Assembly (NCBI GenBank): GCA_040285825.1
Contig: JAUPSS010000011.1
Coordinates: 558,001-622,000 of the forward strand
Reading direction: 5' to 3'
Origin: Eukaryota sp. TZLM1-RC
Taxonomy: Eukaryota > Protista > Metamonada: BaSk clade
Length of the DNA stretch: 64,000 nt
Of this stretch, positions 59,911-64,000 are shown one piece after another. Made by a program: the position numbers and the translations under genes. The number at the start of each line of letters is the position of its first letter. Positions within the stretch are counted from its first letter, which is position 1. The notes below the pieces were generated by a model. The model did not search any database. It saw nothing but the letters and a program-made list of their open reading frames with translations, and had not been told where the DNA came from.

Positions 59911-60440
59911 ACATAGTCATTGAATAATTTTGGTTCTGATGATAGAGGTGATGTATACTTTGATTGGATTGAGAACTCTGAAGCTGTTATTGACCTTGTC
60001 TCCTGTAATGTTGCAAATGACACTTTTGTTCAAAGTGGAAAACTTAATCTTGTAAGTGCTCTTGAATTTAAAGCAAAAGAGAAACATAGAAAATATGACA
60101 AAAATATCGAAGAAGCTAATGCTGGTAAAAATAGACCACTTGTTTTTATTGCTTTCTCATTTTCGATAAACGGAAGACTATTGGTAGAAGCAGGAACCTT
60201 TTTGAATAATTTCCAAAAAATGGTGCAAGAAAAAACAATTAAAAGACTTTATATCTTTTTATGGTGCTCTCGTATTAAATTTGCCAATATTAATAGATTA
60301 CCTCGGTTTTTCAACCGATTTAGAGAAGCTTTAGCTAGACAGCAAGCAGATCAAGATTTTGTGGAGGAACTCTAGGTTCAATGATAGTCGTCCCATTAGT
60401 TATGATTTTATTTTGTTAAGTGTGCAAGATTAATAAAAAA
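59911..60440 (+). mobile_element. Subfamily A-like non-LTR 3' fragment
   Basis: ORF 59920..60375; possible low-complexity TSD TTATTATTATAA. Confidence 0.83.
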
Positions 60441-60709
60441 TTATTATTATAATTAATATTCTGTAATTATTATTATTGTTTGTTTATAGAGTGTCGTTTC
60501 GCATACTATCCTTGATTTTTTGTATTATAACCGAGTTGACGTTATGTCATTTTAAAATCATCTATGATCCCATGGTAAACTAATTAACTTCAATGTAGGT
60601 TTTCACAGTGGCTCCATAGAGTACTTTTTTTCTTCAACAATATTTGATGGTGTAGTTCTTATGTGTGCTGGATGTCTGTCATTATGGAAATTTTTTTAAG
60701 TATATACTT

Positions 60710-61177
60710 TTTTTTTAAATTTAATTTTATTCTAAACCTATAAATCAACATCCAAAAAATCCATCTCTCCCAAAACAAAAACACTAGATGCAACTCTCTC
60801 ATAGTGAGATCCAAGAGAAAGCAAAGCATCAGAAACCATCTTCAACATCCCCTTAAAAATAGAAAACACTATTCTATTTTGCCAAAACAATCTGTTGAAA
60901 TTTCTGCCAGTTCTTCTCTTTACAATCATTTCAAAATCATCCAAAAAACGTAAAGCAGTTGGTGCAAGTGAACCAAAAAGGGAAAATACAAATGGATACA
61001 AATTGTATTTTGCATGCTGTAGACTGGCCAATTTGGACAAAGGTTCATTGTATTTTTTGAATTTAAAATTTTCAGCATTTGAAAGGGGATTATGAATTTC
61101 AGAATTAACAAGCCTTTCATTTGAGGCATTACAAGGATCAACAGACATTACATCCAATAAAATGAAGCTTCCATCTA
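60710..61177 (-). mobile_element. Subfamily B non-LTR 3' fragment
   Basis: TSD AAGTATATACTT at 60698-60709 and 61178-61189; poly(A). Confidence 0.88.
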
Positions 61178-62117
61178 AAGTATATACTTGGGCTAAAAGT
61201 TGTTTCAGTAATTCTAGTAGTTGTGTTTTTGTATTAGACAATAAATAATATCAAATTACCATTTGAATATTATTGCCCAATAATTGTAGCTTGTGAATTA
61301 CAATTTCTATTATATGTAACAAAGTTAATTGTGGCCATGCAAAGTGCTCAATGATTTAATTTTGTCACAAATCAAGTTGAATCGCCAATTAGATTGCATG
61401 TTTGATTTCACATATAGCAATTTTGTGCATGATTTTATTCCTTTGAATGAATCTGTTATCATGTGCAAAAGCCATCACATTGAAGTTGAATTTAATTCTA
61501 GGTTAGTGTGATCAAGGTTGTTAATTTAGCGACTGTTGCTGACTGTAATAAATTAGAAGTGATATTTTGCAGAAATGTGCAAAAACAAAAGCACAAACAA
61601 AAAGCATAAAGAACTTTCATCCCAGCTTGGTCATGTTTAACTTGTGAAATACCACTAATATCTTATCCTGTTTCTTGGTTCTGAAACATTAGAATAATTA
61701 GTGAGAATATTTTGAAGGTTTCAAACAATTGTTATAATAGAGTGTAGGAAAGGGTATAATTTTGAATGTTTGATACAATAGAATTGTTTCAAGCTATTCA
61801 CAAATAATAAACAGAAGATCGTTACAATTAGGGGTAGATAACGAAAATTGCGCACTCGAGGGATTTGATGTTGTTGATGCGTGTATTTAGTTCTAATTTA
61901 AGGTAAAGTTTTGTGTTTCGTCCTTATTGCTTCAACTTAAGGTTGGAATAGAAAAAGATCTCACATCTTTTTTTAAAATTGGTGAACATTTCTCAAACTC
62001 CGAGGTCTAGAACCTTGGTTGATTACGCAAAGTCAATCACAAAACACTTCGAAAATTTACTGCCTTCAGTCTTTTTGCAACAAACCAGGGATAAAATCTA
62101 GGCAACAACCATTTTAT

Positions 62118-62327
62118 TTCATTTTCTTGGATGATTTTGTTGAAATTGTAAAACAACGTACATGAAGAATTTTAACGAAACGTTTTGACAGAACAGAATT
62201 GTAATTTCCATTTTTAAAGGTGTTGTCCCGTTATTGTCTTCTGCTCTATTATCTCTTATTTCGCCTTTATGAAAAAAACTTCCAGTCAATTTTTGTTGAC
62301 TGATTTAGGATATGAAGATTTAGAATT
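62118..62327 (+). mobile_element. Subfamily C 3' fragment, target of the following insertion
   Basis: FLDDFVEIVKQRT...DLGYEDLE; the sequence continues after 63909. Confidence 0.75.
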
Positions 62328-63896
62328 ATTGGCCATGAACCAATTGATTTTTTCATTAATGATGTCAATGTCCCCTTTATCAATTATGATCAGTCTGGTT
62401 TTCGTTTTTTGGGTTGTTATCTCGGAAATATTGATGAAGTCAAAAGCCAACTTTCGACTCTGTTGACTCAATTTGGAAATGAATTAGAATCAATAGAAAA
62501 TTTAAATATTGAGAAACATTTGAAATTCTTTTTCCTCAAAATCTGTTATTCTGGAAAATTTACTCATATTTTGAGATCAACATCACCATCAATTTCCTTG
62601 GAGTTCTGTCGCATTTTTAATGAACAAAGAACTAATTTTTAACAAAATTATTGGAAATTGATGCATCTCAGTTACGAAGCCACATTTTTTTGTGGTACAA
62701 ATTTTGGTGGTGTTGATTTTCATAAGTCAAGCTACCTTTGTAAAGCTGCCTTTATTGGAAGTGGAAAGAATTTTATTTATGAATTTGTGAATCGTTTTCC
62801 TGAAAAAATTCATCTCATTGAAAATTGTGGCAGCTCCTATCTTATTTCTTTGCAACAGGAAATTGAAACTCTTTCACCCAATATTTGGGCTAAATGTTTC
62901 CCCTCTGATATTGTGGAACTTCCTTCAAGAAGCTTGCTCTCCTTACCATTGACTTTTGCAAAATTGCAGAAAAAATTTTGAAAGTTTTAGAAAACTTGGA
63001 TTATATTGTACGTCTTAGCTTGGCTAAGGAAAAAATCCCGTTTTTGCAAACTTTTGATTGATCTTGAAGACAGTTGCTCAAGTTGCTTAATCTCCCAAAT
63101 TCCCAACATTTACGGCCTTCTACTTAATGATCACCAATGGACCACTGCAATGAGATTGAGATGTTTTCTATGGCCTTGTTCATTACCAAATGATTTAATT
63201 TGTCGCTGCAAGAGTGTTGTTACGCTTTCCCATATTTTAAACTGTAAGTATTTTATAACTTATCGCTCACTTGTTCATGACTCAGTTCGTGATCAATTAT
63301 ATGCCATGTGCAAAAGTTTCAATATAGAGGCATTTATTGAGCCACTAGTACGTAAGCTGTCTTCAGATCAAACTGATGATTCCTTTGGTAAAAGAAGGGC
63401 AGATTTAGTAGCTCCAGGGATCGATGGTGTTCTCAATGTTATAGATGTTGTCTCAGTTTATGTTTTCAAAACTTCTGCTGCTCGTTTAGTGTATTCCGCT
63501 GATTCGCCGTTACCTAACGCCGAAAAAAAGAAGATAAAAAAATATGAAGAACCTTTGGCACAGTTAGGTAGAGTGGAACATGTGAAATATCAGTTTGTGC
63601 CGTTTGCAATTTCTCTTTTTGGCAATATTGGACCTTCAGGGTTGCACTTTTTGGAAAATTTTAAAAAAGTGTTACTGAATAGGTCTGGTAATACAATGAA
63701 CTCCACTTTCTGGTTAAATAGAATTGTTTTTTGCATTTTCAAGTCTATTCCACCAATGATTTCAAAGGCACTTTAGCTATTGGTGTAGAATATGAACGTA
63801 ATGCTGTGAGTAGGTTCAGTAATAGTGACGCTTGTTTGGAGGATATTGAATTTTAGATGGTTTTTTTATCTCAATAAATATTCCAGTTTAAAAAAA
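62328..63896 (+). mobile_element. Subfamily E non-LTR copy nested in subfamily C
   Basis: FLGCYLG through the RLE domain; TSD AAGATTTAGAATT at 62315-62327 and 63897-63909. Confidence 0.9.
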
Positions 63897-64000
63897 AAGA
63901 TTTAGAATTTTGATTTTTGTGTACAGTTTTTGAAAGTATTAAATTAAAAATTTTCTAAAAAAACGATTTTATTCAATAATAAAAATTAAAATAGACAGTA

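Overview
AT-rich, gene-dense window from a flagellated microbial eukaryote (it carries meckelin, TPGS2 and a katanin-like ATPase; I cannot assign a taxon from sequence alone). It holds about 20 host genes (YIPF6, maspardin, RCE1, WDR61/SKI8, TMEM67, TPGS2, NudC, Aladin, RPL18, TORTIFOLIA1-like, PLAC8, LYAR, an AAA ATPase, Hsp90, ZSWIM7 and others) and one tRNA-Thr(CGU). Eleven predicted GT-AG introns are only 26-37 nt long. Roughly a third of the window is about 25 5'-truncated copies of at least six subfamilies of RLE-type (CRE-like) non-LTR retrotransposons, often nested, with 10-14 bp target-site duplications (TSDs). There is also a gag-only mini LTR element, hAT and pogo remnants, and three decayed Fanzor1 (eukaryotic TnpB-like) elements. 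Main finding: two copies of one Fanzor family end in the same conserved double hairpin, which abuts the ATG of two unrelated host genes (16007+ and TMEM67 at 28596-). A third, unrelated Fanzor with a strongly structured omegaRNA-like 3' region also points head-to-tail into a host start codon (LYAR). This suggests start-codon-targeted Fanzor elements whose RNA guides would be the first codons of host genes. All family assignments come from motif recognition; no searches were run.
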